In this document: one piece after another, positions 1 to 8,502 of the stretch
Position numbering within the stretch: the first letter of the stretch is position 1
Layout: each line of letters opens with the position of its first letter
Assembly: GCA_016212885.1 (NCBI GenBank)
Contig: JACRDO010000162.1
Coordinates: 4,985 to 68,984 of the forward strand
From: Elusimicrobiota bacterium
GTDB taxonomy: Bacteria; Elusimicrobiota; Elusimicrobia; UBA1565
Direction of reading: 5' to 3'
Length of the DNA stretch: 64,000 bases
Program-made: the position numbers and the translations under genes
The notes under the pieces: model-generated
What the model saw: only the letters and a program-made list of their open reading frames with translations
Told to the model about the DNA's origin: nothing
Database searches by the model: none

Positions 1-293
1 CGGTCGAAGCCCTTCAGGTCGACCTGGGTGAAATAGACCTTAAGCGGCGGCAGGAACGGCAGGCGGATGCCCCACCAGCGCTTGGCGGGCTGCCCAGGCC
101 CCAGGAGCCTGAAGCCTCGAGCGCCGAACGCCATGAAGAAGCCCGGGAGGCCGAAGATGAGGCCGAGGAGGAGGATGGCCTGCAGGGCGTCCGGGCCGGG
201 GAATACGATCGGCGTGGCGGTGACCGCTGACAGGCACGCCCCGAACACGCGGACGGGTTTGGGCGCGTATTGAGGCAGATCGAGGGGCTCCAT
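1..293 (-). CDS. partial membrane protein (3' end outside window); function unknown
   Basis: Not in the ORF track because it runs off the window edge. Minus-strand translation from an ATG (complement of 291-293) gives MEPLDLPQYAPKPVRVFGACLSAVTATPIVFPGPDALQAILLLGLIFGLPGFFMAFGARGF... with hydrophobic stretches and GC3-rich codons typical of this genome. Its ATG overlaps the TGA of a 36-codon upstream ORF (TGATG). Confidence 0.35.
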   Translation of the reverse strand, partial: MEPLDLPQYAPKPVRVFGACLSAVTATPIVFPGPDALQAILLLGLIFGLPGFFMAFGARGFRLLGPGQPAKRWWGIRLPFLPPLKVYFTQVDLKGFD

Positions 294-840
294 CACGCGA
301 GGCTTTTCCTGTCCACGGCGAAATCCAGGCCGGCGCTGCGGTAGACGGCGAGGATCACGGGGAGGTCGATTTCGGCGGCTTCGCGGATTTGGGGTTTGCG
401 CATTAGTTTTCCTCAACGGCTGAATCCGATGTTCGGCGATCCCGCTCAGTCACTTCCCACCTCACCGAAGTGTGATTCCTCCAGTAATAACGCAGAGGAA
501 GATCATGATTGCCAGACTAGCAAAAGACGCACACGATAGGATCGCCGCGAATAGACTTCGCGATTGCACCGCTTTGATGAGCGATGAGAGGCCGAATCCG
601 ATCTCCGCCATTCTTGCTGTTCCTTCTTGGCCGTCATGTCCGTTTTGCCGTGCCCAGTCGTGATAGCTTCAGCTGTTGTTTTCTCTTCGCTGCTTCTTAA
701 GCTGTCCTGTTCCCCTCTTTACCTCCTGGCCTCAGTCGATGGCCACGATTCCGCGCGAGTATATCAACGTGACGCTCTGCTGCCGGCGCAAGCGTGCGAG
801 CGCCGGTCAGCAGAAGCGCGGGGTTAGGTGGTGCTACTCA

Positions 841-1146
841 TCATTTTTCTGGCGTCTTGAGTCGGGATTTCCATGAGTCTGGATGTTTGTGGAGATGCAT
901 GACCGCCACGATGAGAATCGTTTCTTTCCTGACTTGGTAAATAATCCCATAGGGAAACCTGTTGGTGCGACATCGACGAGTACGTTCCGATAGTAGAGAC
1001 CAAGCATCCGGATACTGAATAATCCGTCCGAGCGTTCTTTTGACCTCAGCGGCAAATTCATAGCCCAACCCTTCGCTTTGCAGGTTGTAGTAGGTTATGG
1101 CATCGACAAACTCAGCCTCAGCCGGTTGAAGGAAGTCGACATTCAT
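841..1146 (-). CDS. type II toxin, RelE/ParE family
   Basis: 101 aa product with the ...YGIIYQVRKETILIVAVMHLHKHPDSW pattern typical of ParE/RelE toxins. Its start overlaps the upstream antitoxin stop by 4 nt. It lies in a lower-GC stretch. Confidence 0.7.
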   Translation of the reverse strand: MNVDFLQPAEAEFVDAITYYNLQSEGLGYEFAAEVKRTLGRIIQYPDAWSLLSERTRRCRTNRFPYGIIYQVRKETILIVAVMHLHKHPDSWKSRLKTPEK

Positions 1147-1376
1147 GGAGTTCTTCGTTTATCGATTTTGTCGAACACCTTACTGGCAGGCGTCGCCTTG
1201 ATTGTCTTTTGATCATAGGCGTTGATACGGGCCTCTGCCTCTTTCTCCCACAAAGCGTCAATGTCCCCCCGTGAAGGGAACTCGAAGCTTGAGAGAATCT
1301 GTTCCACTAGCTCCGCCCGCTCTATAGGGGGCAAGGTCAACGCTCCTTTGAGAACCTTTTTGGCTTCTACCGTCAT
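1143..1376 (-). CDS. antitoxin, putative addiction-module component partner of the ParE/RelE toxin
   Basis: Small acidic protein (MTVEAKKVLKGALTLPPIERAELVEQILSSF...) upstream of and overlapping the toxin. The start was moved to the internal ATG at 1376, which is preceded by GGAGGT; the track ORF extends to 1412. Confidence 0.6.
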   Translation of the reverse strand: MTVEAKKVLKGALTLPPIERAELVEQILSSFEFPSRGDIDALWEKEAEARINAYDQKTIKATPASKVFDKIDKRRTP

Positions 1377-1542
1377 CTGTATACCTCCATGTTGCCTTAA
1401 GTAGTATAGCAATCCTTTCCCAAGGCCACCTAACGAAGCTGTAGAAAAATGCCGCGGCTTTTCAAATACTCCAGCAGCTCCGGGCAGACGCGGGGATAGA
1501 CGCGCAGGAGGACAGCGACAGCTGGTACGACGATTACTTGAA

Positions 1543-3210
1543 CTACCTGGCCTGCAAGTCCAACCCCGCGGCCTGCATGCCGTCGAAGTGAGCTAGGAGC
1601 CTCTCGAACCTCCGGTCAGAGGCGTTGAGCTTGGCTGCTTTCCGAAGGCATTCGACGGCTTCGTCTTTCCTGCCCTGGATCAGCAGGAACTCCCCCAGCT
1701 CGCCCCACAGCCGGCCGTTGAGCCGGTCCAGAGCGGCCGCGGCTCGCTGAAGCGAGACGGCCTCTTCAATGTCCTTCGGGTCGAGAGAAGAACGGTGGCG
1801 GATGAAATAAGCTTTGGCTAAGCCCCGCCGGGCTTCGACGCAGCGGCGGTCCATGCCCGCGGCGGAACGGAACTCCGCCATCGCGCCTTCCAAGGAGCCT
1901 GAAGCCAGCAGTTCCTCGCCGTGGACGCACTTGCGGCTCGCCAGAAGCGGCGAAACCAGCCAGGGCACAGCCGCCAAGGCCAAAACCGCCAGGAAGACCG
2001 CGGCAGCTTTGGGCGGCTTGAGGCCTGTCTTGATCGTCGGCGCCGCCGCAATGCCCATGAAGGCCGCCGCGGTCAGAAGGTTGACGAGGTATTCCATGCT
2101 CAGGCTGATGAGCCCGTAGGCCAGGAACAGCAGGAGCCCCAGCAGGAAAGGCCACCGGCTTTCGGCCCAGTCCCATCGCGAGCGGATGCGCGCCAACAGC
2201 CAGGCGACGAGCGCCAGCGCGCTCAAGAACCCCAGCAGTCCGGTCTCGGCGAGCAATCCCACGATGGAGCTGTGGGCGTAAAGGGTGTGCTGGACCGCTC
2301 CGGTCTTGTAGGCCAGGTAGGCGCTCGGGAAGTTCCCTGTCCCGACCCCGAGCCACGGATGGTCCGCGAACATCCTCAGCCCGCTCAGCCACCAGGACAG
2401 GCGCGAAAGCGACTCTCCCAGAGGGACCGGCGCGCCGTCCATGTCCATGGCGTGGAGGAGCTTCCAGGCGACCAGGGCGCAGCCTCCGGCGAGAAGAAGA
2501 ACGGCGGCCCCTGCCGCCTGTTTCGGGCGGCTGCGGACACGCTCTGCAAAGCTTCGTGGGCCGGCCAGCAGGGGCAGGCTCAGCACGAGGCAGAGCACAG
2601 CCCAGATGCTGTTGAGCAATAGCAGGCTCAGCAGGACGCAGAGCAGGCCGGAGGCCCAGAACCAGCGGGAGCGTGCGCGCCCTCTGTCCATGACGCGGCT
2701 CAGAAGCGGGGGGAACCAAAAGATCAGGAAGGCCGCAAGCAAGGTCGAGTTGACGAGGGTCCCGGGCGCCTGCGCCGCAAGGAAGTGCACGTGTTCGCAT
2801 CTCTGGCGGAGGATCAGGGGCAGCTCCAGCCAAAAGACCGGCACGACGGCCGAAAGGAATACGTCGGCCGCTTCCTCGGCGCGGAACGCGCTCAGCGCCG
2901 CGAGGAAGACCGCCGAAGCCGCGAGCCAGTCCATCCAGCCCAGCCGCGACTCGGCCGGGTGCACGGAGCCGAAAAACGAGAGGGAGAAAGCTGCCGCGAC
3001 GCCTCCAATGGGGGCCAGGAAATCGGCCGGGAAGTCCCGGCCCGAGGAATATGCGGAGCGCAAGATGAGCCCCGCGAGAATGGCCAGAGCCGCCAGGTAG
3101 ACGAGCGTCGCTGCCCAAAGGTCGTGGGCCCCGCGGGCCAGGGCGGAGAAAGCGACCAACAGTCCGAGGGTCCCGGCGAGGAGGCGGCCGCGGGGATAAG
3201 CTGCGGTCAT
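1543..3210 (-). CDS. O-antigen ligase-like (Wzy_C domain) polytopic membrane protein with C-terminal TPR repeats
   Basis: Many TM helices plus a Wzy_C-like periplasmic loop region, then a C-terminal TPR-like soluble tail (KAYFIRHRSSLDPKDIEEAVSLQRAAAALDRLNGRLW...). The start was set at MTAAYPRG (ATG at 3210), because the longer track ORF 1543..3546 would overlap the acyltransferase gene. Confidence 0.65.
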   Translation of the reverse strand: MTAAYPRGRLLAGTLGLLVAFSALARGAHDLWAATLVYLAALAILAGLILRSAYSSGRDFPADFLAPIGGVAAAFSLSFFGSVHPAESRLGWMDWLAASAVFLAALSAFRAEEAADVFLSAVVPVFWLELPLILRQRCEHVHFLAAQAPGTLVNSTLLAAFLIFWFPPLLSRVMDRGRARSRWFWASGLLCVLLSLLLLNSIWAVLCLVLSLPLLAGPRSFAERVRSRPKQAAGAAVLLLAGGCALVAWKLLHAMDMDGAPVPLGESLSRLSWWLSGLRMFADHPWLGVGTGNFPSAYLAYKTGAVQHTLYAHSSIVGLLAETGLLGFLSALALVAWLLARIRSRWDWAESRWPFLLGLLLFLAYGLISLSMEYLVNLLTAAAFMGIAAAPTIKTGLKPPKAAAVFLAVLALAAVPWLVSPLLASRKCVHGEELLASGSLEGAMAEFRSAAGMDRRCVEARRGLAKAYFIRHRSSLDPKDIEEAVSLQRAAAALDRLNGRLWGELGEFLLIQGRKDEAVECLRKAAKLNASDRRFERLLAHFDGMQAAGLDLQAR

Positions 3211-3341
3211 CGCCGGCGCGCGAGGATGGGCCGGCCGCCTTCCCCGCCGCACATGAGGCGCCGGAAGATCGGGCCGGACTCCTGCGGGAATAAAGAGACA
3301 ATTATGGCAGGGATCCTGCTCCTTCGCGCGTTTTTCACACC

Positions 3342-4187
3342 CTAATCGCCACCCCCCAGATTCAGTTTCTTCTCGTAGTATCGGCGGACGGCGGCGCTCA
3401 GCTTTCTCGCCGCGATCGTCGGGCTGTCCGTAGGTTCGAAGAATTCGTGAACCTGCATAGGCTTGTCGAACGAAAAGACCCATTGAGGCCGCCGAGGCGA
3501 GACCTCGCAGAGGCCCTCGCCCTTCATCAGACTCGGGGGATCGCACCGGATCGTGACCGGCAGCATGGGGCAGCCCGCCCGCGCCGCGATCTGGGCGAAG
3601 CCGCGGCTGAACGGGCCCAATCCGCCCCTCGGCGACCGGGTCCCCTCGGGGAAGAGGAGGATCGAGCGCCCGCGTTTGATGCGGAGGACCCCTTCCTCGA
3701 CGATGCCCGCCCCCCCGTCATTCGGCATGTAGCCCGCGGACCGCACGATGCCGCGCATGAAAAAGTTGTTCCAGAGATCCTTCTTGACGACGCAGTCGAC
3801 GCGCGGCATGCAGGAGATGAGGGCGACGACGTCGATGAGGGTGGGGTGGTTCGCTATGACGAGGGCGGGCGCGCAGCCGTTGAGATGCCCCAGGTTCTCG
3901 AAGCGCGGCTTCTCGGTCACGCGCACGAAATGCATGAACCATATGAAGAACCGGAAGGAATGATGAATCGCCCTCTGGATGCGGTCGGCCTTCTGGTCCC
4001 TCGTCCCGGGGAACATCCGGCAGGCCGGGAACACGCCGAAGCTCAGCATCAGGCTGCCTATGCCGAACATCGCGAAGGACAGGACTTTTGCGAAAACTCG
4101 CCAGCCCATCTCGAGTCTATCAATCACCTGGGATAGCCAGTCGCCTGATGTCCGGATATCCGCCTCGCTGAAAGCGGATTTTAACAT
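3342..4187 (-). CDS. 1-acyl-sn-glycerol-3-phosphate acyltransferase family (PlsC/LPLAT) protein
   Basis: HxxxxD-type motif (NHPTLIDV) and a FPEGTRS acceptor-binding motif. N-terminal TM anchor. Confidence 0.75.
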   Translation of the reverse strand: MLKSAFSEADIRTSGDWLSQVIDRLEMGWRVFAKVLSFAMFGIGSLMLSFGVFPACRMFPGTRDQKADRIQRAIHHSFRFFIWFMHFVRVTEKPRFENLGHLNGCAPALVIANHPTLIDVVALISCMPRVDCVVKKDLWNNFFMRGIVRSAGYMPNDGGAGIVEEGVLRIKRGRSILLFPEGTRSPRGGLGPFSRGFAQIAARAGCPMLPVTIRCDPPSLMKGEGLCEVSPRRPQWVFSFDKPMQVHEFFEPTDSPTIAARKLSAAVRRYYEKKLNLGGGD

Positions 4188-4249
4188 AATTCAAACGCGA
4201 CCGTTCGTCCGCCCGTGGGAGCTTGGGGAGCCGCTAAAAGGGTACAATT

Positions 4250-5752
4250 ATGCCGTCCTCTCGGACCCAAATGCTGGACAAGAACAAGATCCTCCTGGTC
4301 CATCCCCTCGGCTACCGCGCGGATGCCGCGGGCACGGACATATCGCGCCTCGCCAACATCATGCCCCCGCTGGGGCTGGCCAGCATGGCGGCCTATCTCG
4401 GCCAACGGGGGATCCGCGCCGATATAATCGACTGCTACGCGCGGCCGGATTCGGACAGCCGGATCCGCGGCCATCTCCTGGCCGAACAGCCGGCCTTCAT
4501 CGGACTGAGCTGCACCACGTCCAGCTTCCACGACGGCGTGCGCATCGCCGAGTTGGCCCAGCAGGCGCTGCCGGGCATCAAGAACGTTTTCGGCGGGGTG
4601 CATGTCTCCGCCATGAAAGAGCAGGCCCTCCGGGATTTCCCAGCCGTCGATTTCGCCGTGATCGGCGAGGGTGAGGCGACCCTGACGGAGCTGGTCCAAC
4701 GGGGGGCCGACGATCCCGCCGGGATCAAAGGGCTCGTCTACCGGGACGGGGATGCCCGAAACATCCGGTTCACGGGCCACCGGGACGGCGGGATCGCCCT
4801 GGACACCCTCCCCTTCCCGGCTTACGAGAAGCTCCCCGGGTTTCCCGACGCCTATCGGCTCCCCATCTTCAACTACCCGCGGGTCCCCAACACCAGCTGC
4901 ATCTCGAGCCGAGGCTGCCCCTACGCCTGCTCCTATTGCGACCGCTCCGTCTTCCGCCGCGGTTTCCGCTGCAACTCCGCCGAATACCTCTACGCACACC
5001 TGCGCTACCTGAAGGAGCGCTTCGGAATCCGCCATATCAATTTCTACGACGACCAGTTCACCTTCAACCGCGCCCGGGTGGAGGAGTTCGCGGGGCTGAT
5101 GATCGAGCGCCCCTTGGATATGACCTTCAACTGCGCCGCGCGGGCCGAACACATCGACCTGGACATGCTTCGGCTGATGAAGGCGGCCGGCTGCTGGATG
5201 ATGAGCCTGGGCATCGAAAGCGGCGATGAGCGGCTCCTGGCGCAGCACCGCCAGAACGTCCATCTGGACCTCCTGGCCGAGAAGATACGGCTCATCAAGC
5301 AGGCGGGGATCCGGACAAAGGGCCTGCTGATGATCGGACTGCCGGGGGAGACGGAAGGGAGCATCCGCCGGAGCATGGACTACGTGTTCTCGCTGCCCAT
5401 CGACGATTTCAATCTGGCGAAGTTCACCCCTTTCCCCGGCTCGCCGATCTACGAGCATATCCATGAACTGGGGGAGTTCGACGAAGATTGGGAGAAGATG
5501 GACTGCATGCACTTCCTCTTCGTCCCCAAAGGGATGAGCCGCGACCGTCTGGAGGAGCGGTTCAAGGCTTTCTACCGCGCCCACTTCGCGCGGCCGAAGG
5601 TGCTCTGGGGCTATGTCGCCATGCTGTGGCGCTCGCCGGACAGTTGGCTGCGCTTCCTCCGCGGCCTGTCCGGCTTCCTCCGGTACACCCGGACGACCCA
5701 GCGCTACACGGAGTCGCAACCGCGCGTCCGCAGCCTACGGACCAGGCAGTAG
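4250..5752 (+). CDS. B12-binding domain radical SAM protein (class B rSAM)
   Basis: N-terminal cobalamin-binding Rossmann-like region (KILLVHPLGY...DIIDC...), then a radical-SAM core with CxxxCxxC (SSRGCPYACSYCD). About 500 aa. Confidence 0.8.
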   Translation: MPSSRTQMLDKNKILLVHPLGYRADAAGTDISRLANIMPPLGLASMAAYLGQRGIRADIIDCYARPDSDSRIRGHLLAEQPAFIGLSCTTSSFHDGVRIAELAQQALPGIKNVFGGVHVSAMKEQALRDFPAVDFAVIGEGEATLTELVQRGADDPAGIKGLVYRDGDARNIRFTGHRDGGIALDTLPFPAYEKLPGFPDAYRLPIFNYPRVPNTSCISSRGCPYACSYCDRSVFRRGFRCNSAEYLYAHLRYLKERFGIRHINFYDDQFTFNRARVEEFAGLMIERPLDMTFNCAARAEHIDLDMLRLMKAAGCWMMSLGIESGDERLLAQHRQNVHLDLLAEKIRLIKQAGIRTKGLLMIGLPGETEGSIRRSMDYVFSLPIDDFNLAKFTPFPGSPIYEHIHELGEFDEDWEKMDCMHFLFVPKGMSRDRLEERFKAFYRAHFARPKVLWGYVAMLWRSPDSWLRFLRGLSGFLRYTRTTQRYTESQPRVRSLRTRQ

Positions 5753-8415
5753 GTGAGGAACGCCGCGAAGGTTCCGACAACCGGCCCGACGACCAGGGCG
5801 CCGAGGAACCACTCCCATAGCCGATGATGGACTTCCCCCAGCAGGGTCTGGCGGTTGAAGTCGGTCCAGAACCTGCCGAAGAGGAAGAGATGGCCCGCCT
5901 CGATGCAAAGGAGCGGCATGAACGGGGCGACGCATACGTTGCTGGCGCCGATCCCTGCGAGCTTGTTTAGGTGGAGCTTGTGGTTCGCGTAGAGGATCGT
6001 CGCCAGGCCGAACGGGATGATGGGAAGCGCGCCGATGCAGATGCCGACCCAGACCGCCGCGGCGAGCTCGCCCGCGCCGGCGTGCTCCTGGCTGATGCGC
6101 CGGAAGAACTGGAGTGGGCTCGTGAACTTGGGCACGATGCTCGTTTTCTCCGCCGCCCCGTACATGCAGCGATGCGGCCAGGGGAGCAGGGGACGGGCCA
6201 CCAGCCATGCATGGAGGCAGCTCAGGCGCAGATTGTCCTTTAGCGGATGGAAGTGGGACGCCCGTCCGTCCCCAGCCGGATAGCAGACTGAGACCGGAGT
6301 CGAGACGACCGGGAGTCCGGCCCACACCGCGCGGACTAAGACCTCCACCTCGAACGGATAGCGCTCGGAGATGAATTCTCCCGAGGTCAGGTATCCGACG
6401 GGATAGAGACGATAGCCGCTCTGTGTGTCCGGGATGGTCTGCCCGCACTCGATCCTGACCCAGAAATTGGAGAAATCCCTTCCGAAAACGCTGGACCGGG
6501 GCGCGTTGCCCGATTCCATGCGCCTGGCGCCGATGATGACGGCGGGCCAGTTGGACGCGGCAATCTCCAGAAGGCGCCGCCCATCGGCGGGGTCGTGCTG
6601 GCCGTCCGCATCGATGGTCAGGATGGCGTCATAACCGAGCTGCTTTGCGGCGGCCGCGCCCGCAAGGATGGCGGCCCCCTTTCCCCGGTTGACCGAGAGC
6701 CGGCGGCGCTCGATGGGAAGGCCGGCCACGGCATCGAGGCTTCCGTCCGTGCTCGCATCATCCACGACCATGACCGGGTACCCCTCGGCCAGAGCCCGTT
6801 CGACGACGCCCCGGACCATCCGGGCATGGTTGTAGACCGGTATCACCAGCAGGGTCTTCGGCGGGAGAGCTCCCGCCTGGGCCGCGCCCGCCGTCCCCGC
6901 CGTCGCCGGGACGGACTCGGGCGCGTGATCGTCCCGGCGGGCCGCCACCTCCAGCAGGATCCCGCCGGAGAACCAGGACTTGAAGAGATGCGTGGTGATC
7001 TCCCGCGGTTCGAACCCGGCGGCCCGCAGCATTGATTCGATCTCCCCGCCGGTGTAGGCCTTCAGCCAGATCCCCTGCCGCATGGCGTTGCCGATCCGCG
7101 CAAACAGCCGGATCAGGGAACGCCGGGCGGTGATGAAATAGAGGGTGCCGCCCGGCTCCACATGCCCGGCCAGGCGCCGGAGCAGGGCGGGGAGGTCAAA
7201 GACGTATTCGAAGCATGAGAAGGCGCAGACTACGGGGAATGTCCCCTCCAGTTCGATGTCTTCCAAGTCCCCGGCGACGGTCTTGATGTTGGAGAGTCCC
7301 GCCGCCGCTGACTTCTGCTGCAGGATGCGGAGCATGTTGCGGGAGATGTCCACGGCCACGATCTCGCGGCAGCGTCGCGCGATCGGAAGCGTGAAGATAC
7401 CCGTGCCGGCGCCCAGCTCCAGGACCCGGTCGGCCCCGGTGAAGAGCTCGGGGACGCGGGCGGTGAACAGCTCCAGCTCCTTGCGCCGCGCGATGGACAC
7501 GCCTGAGTCGAACTGCTCGCGGTCGTAGGCGCCGGCCAAGCCGTCGTAGAATAGTTCCGCCGCGTCCGGGCCCGGCGCCGGCTCGCCCGTCCGCATCACC
7601 TCTTTGCCGATGAGCCGGTCGAGGGGGAGTATCTCCAACCCCTTCGCCCGGAGTCCGGCGAGCAGCGCCGCGAACTCCCCCAGGAGCGCCGCGACGTTGC
7701 CCGTCCGCGGCGGGACGTCGTGAAGCAGAATGATGTCCCCAGGGGCCGCCTTGGCCAGCAGATGGGCTGAGAGTCCGACGACCCGCCGGTTGCCCATGTC
7801 GAAGGCGCGGCAGCTGAAATTGACGCAATAGAGACCCTCCTGGAGCAGGACCCGCCAGAGATGCGGGCTCGTGATTCCTACGGGAGGCCTGAAGGCGCGC
7901 GGCGTGACGCCGAACCGCTTCAATACGCGCTGAGCGGAACTCACCTCCGCCTCCAGGACGGACCTGCCCTTGATCATCAGGAACGGGGAGTGGCTGTAGG
8001 AGTGGTTGCCGATTGAGTGGCCGCGGGCGAGTATGTCCCGCACGATGTCGGGGTAGCGTTCGGCATTGACGCCGGTCATGAAGAAGGTCGCGCGCACGCC
8101 GTGCCTTTCCAGAAGGTCGAGCAGGAGCGGGGTCACCTGCGGATCCGGGCCGTCGTCGAAGGTGAGGGCCACGCCCCGCCGCCCATGACCCCGGGTGATG
8201 ATGGGCAGATAGAAGCTGAATCTCGGAAGGAACGAGGCCAGAAAGGACAGAAGGATGGCCGCCAGCAGCGGCACAAACGCCAGCTTGACGTTGAAGGGGA
8301 GCAGCAGCGCGAAGAGCTGCAGAGCGCCCAGCGCGACGAGATGAGCGGGCGCCAGCGGGCAGATCATCGAGCGCCTGCGTTCCTCGCGCCCTCTTGGCCC
8401 GGACCCGACGCTCAC
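5704..8415 (-). CDS. multidomain membrane enzyme: TM anchor, polysaccharide deacetylase (CE4/NodB), class I SAM methyltransferase, GT2 glycosyltransferase, DUF2062-like C-terminal TM region
   Basis: In N->C order: TM helices; NodB motifs (ALTFDDGPDP, HSYSH); SAM-binding VLELGAGTGIF; GT2 motifs (LLVIPVYNHARMV, VVDDASTDGS, DADGQHD); then a hydrophobic DUF2062-like tail. It is one continuous 903-codon frame. Its 3' end overlaps the convergent rSAM gene by about 49 nt. Confidence 0.7.
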   Translation of the reverse strand: MSVGSGPRGREERRRSMICPLAPAHLVALGALQLFALLLPFNVKLAFVPLLAAILLSFLASFLPRFSFYLPIITRGHGRRGVALTFDDGPDPQVTPLLLDLLERHGVRATFFMTGVNAERYPDIVRDILARGHSIGNHSYSHSPFLMIKGRSVLEAEVSSAQRVLKRFGVTPRAFRPPVGITSPHLWRVLLQEGLYCVNFSCRAFDMGNRRVVGLSAHLLAKAAPGDIILLHDVPPRTGNVAALLGEFAALLAGLRAKGLEILPLDRLIGKEVMRTGEPAPGPDAAELFYDGLAGAYDREQFDSGVSIARRKELELFTARVPELFTGADRVLELGAGTGIFTLPIARRCREIVAVDISRNMLRILQQKSAAAGLSNIKTVAGDLEDIELEGTFPVVCAFSCFEYVFDLPALLRRLAGHVEPGGTLYFITARRSLIRLFARIGNAMRQGIWLKAYTGGEIESMLRAAGFEPREITTHLFKSWFSGGILLEVAARRDDHAPESVPATAGTAGAAQAGALPPKTLLVIPVYNHARMVRGVVERALAEGYPVMVVDDASTDGSLDAVAGLPIERRRLSVNRGKGAAILAGAAAAKQLGYDAILTIDADGQHDPADGRRLLEIAASNWPAVIIGARRMESGNAPRSSVFGRDFSNFWVRIECGQTIPDTQSGYRLYPVGYLTSGEFISERYPFEVEVLVRAVWAGLPVVSTPVSVCYPAGDGRASHFHPLKDNLRLSCLHAWLVARPLLPWPHRCMYGAAEKTSIVPKFTSPLQFFRRISQEHAGAGELAAAVWVGICIGALPIIPFGLATILYANHKLHLNKLAGIGASNVCVAPFMPLLCIEAGHLFLFGRFWTDFNRQTLLGEVHHRLWEWFLGALVVGPVVGTFAAFLTYCLVRRLRTRGCDSV

Positions 8416-8502
8416 TTGGCAAGGATAGCAAAATTCCCGGCCGGGCTTCGTGCTGCTGCCTGCGCCTCTCAGGGCGCCAGGGTCACGGTGACGGAGTTGG
8501 AT

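Noticed and set aside
294-404. 36-codon minus-strand ORF (MRKPQIREAAEIDLPVILAVYRSAGLDFAVDRKSLA) coupled by TGATG to the partial membrane gene
   Set aside because: Too short to assign. It could be a genuine small protein, a leader peptide or a remnant of a GNAT-like N-terminus. It was not called as a feature.
1445-1591. Plus-strand frame reading ...DSDSWYDDYLNYLACKSNPAACMPSK* that looks like a protein C-terminus
   Set aside because: There is no ATG/GTG/TTG start anywhere in the open frame after the upstream stop at 1442-1444, and it overlaps the 3' end of the minus-strand Wzy-like gene. It is probably a chance frame.
1766-3301. 511-aa ORF antisense/out-of-frame within the Wzy-like gene. Similar long overlapping ORFs occur at 1921..2622, 2441..3100, 7196..8431, 8017..9051, 9529..10356, 10442..12283, 12154..13345, 16373..17695, 22030..22881, 26291..27580, 37891..39978, 38268..39122, 40258..41787, 40275..41696, 46566..47990, 47428..48720, 48860..50134 and 56440..57144.
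   Set aside because: High GC suppresses stop codons, so long open frames arise on every strand. Their products are low-complexity Arg/Pro/Gly/Ala-rich strings without motifs, and each overlaps a gene with clear family signatures in another frame.
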